The position numbers and the translations under genes are program-made. The notes below the pieces were generated by a model. That model saw only the letters and a program-made list of their open reading frames with translations. It made no database searches and was not told the origin of the DNA. From the IMG/VR virus record IMGVR_UViG_3300020409_000039, positions 1 to 37,617 of that record: 37,617 nt of DNA; one strand, written 5' to 3'. The DNA is from a virus. Taxonomy: Duplodnaviria > Caudoviricetes. Shown here piece after piece: positions 37,097 through 37,617 of the stretch (its first letter is position 1; every line of letters starts with the position of its first letter).

Positions 37097-37432
37097 TTAA
37101 CAATTAGTAACATTTAAAAATTGATTGGTTAAGGTATGCTCTAATGAATATGCCTCCTCCTCTCTCTGTTCATCATCAAGTAAACCCCTTACATTTTGGT
37201 CTACGTGTATCAATTCGTGAATAAGGGTTGTAATAAAATCCTTTTGTGTTAACTCATTGTGGATTTCAATTTCGTTTTGGTCGTTGTTTTCTAATGTCCA
37301 ACCAAATACGTTATCCTCTGTTAGGTCGGTGGGTATAACCTCAATGTCTACTTTATTTAAGTTAGGGTACAATTTGCTCATGAAACTGTAGACCTGATTT
37401 GCTAATGTTGTGTTTTCTGTTGCGTAAAACAT
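37097..37432 (-). CDS. Small zincin-like metallopeptidase (HExxH); start at 37432 or 37456
   Basis: TTLIHELIHVDQ...REEEAY: HExxH plus a downstream ExEA third ligand. Confidence 0.8.
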   Translation of the reverse strand: MFYATENTTLANQVYSFMSKLYPNLNKVDIEVIPTDLTEDNVFGWTLENNDQNEIEIHNELTQKDFITTLIHELIHVDQNVRGLLDDEQREEEAYSLEHTLTNQFLNVTNC

Positions 37433-37490
37433 CTGTCTTTGTGGGGTTACTATCATATTAAAGGATATAATACAGGTTGTCTATAGCCTG

Positions 37491-37514
37491 TGTGACAGTT
37501 ATAAAAGTGGCACA
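37491..37514. promoter_or_regulatory. Dyad operator-like motif TGTGACAG-N8-GTGGCACA between divergent promoters
   Basis: tgtgacagttataaaagtggcaca; two GTGnCA(C/G) boxes just upstream of the plus-strand -35. Confidence 0.6.
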
Positions 37515-37521
37515 CTGTATG

Positions 37522-37549
37522 TTGCATTGGCACTTCTGTGCATTATAAT
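37522..37549 (+). promoter_or_regulatory. Plus-strand sigma70-type promoter TTGCAT-N16-TATAAT
   Basis: ttgcat 37522-27, tataat 37544-49. Confidence 0.7.
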
Positions 37550-37555
37550 AAAGGT

Positions 37556-37617
37556 ATAAGAGGTGGAGGGTATCACCGAAGACGCAAAAGTTCGACACTC
37601 CCCCTGCCTTATTTTTT
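37556..37617 (+). ncRNA. Candidate ~60-nt hairpin small RNA or attenuator-type leader
   Basis: Starts 7 nt after the -10 box; 5' and 3' ends pair (ATAAG/CTTAT, AGG/CCT, GGAG/CTCC, CGAA/TTCG); followed by a T-tract; contains no ATG. Confidence 0.5.

Noticed and set aside
37561-37617. tRNA (GTTCGA T-loop-like) or riboswitch (GACGCAAA as in c-di-GMP-I or Downstream-peptide motifs)
   Set aside because: Too short, no cloverleaf or CCA, and the other conserved riboswitch elements are missing; kept only as an unclassified hairpin RNA
34481-37617. CRISPR-like array in the hairpin-rich early region
   Set aside because: Hairpins differ in sequence and are separated by genes rather than fixed-length spacers

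Overview
AT-rich segment of a T4-like (myovirus) marine cyanophage genome, most likely related to Prochlorococcus/Synechococcus phages. Essentially all genes are on the minus strand. Read in the direction of transcription (right to left) there are three blocks. (1) ~37.5-34.7 kb: small early genes, most with their own host-type sigma70 promoter, including a HExxH metallopeptidase, an ArdA-like acidic antirestriction protein and an endonuclease II/DenA-like GIY-YIG nuclease. (2) After a ~220-bp structured non-coding boundary, ~34.5-31.1 kb: an AbrB-like small protein, a GT-A-like glycosyltransferase, a very basic 48-aa peptide, a stand-alone ATE/Bpt C-terminal-like (aminoacyl-tRNA-protein transferase-like) domain and a DUF1415-like protein. 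(3) ~31.0-0 kb: the late virion block (gp25, gp6, a 4424-aa gp7, gp8, a 2489-aa VrlC-like protein, a fibre-like protein, gp13, gp14, gp15, gp16) with TATAAATA late promoters. At the far right end a divergent plus-strand sigma70 promoter points into a ~60-nt hairpin ending in a U-tract, a candidate small RNA. Six small ORFs missing from the supplied track were read by hand. All family assignments come from motif recognition and synteny; no database searches were run.
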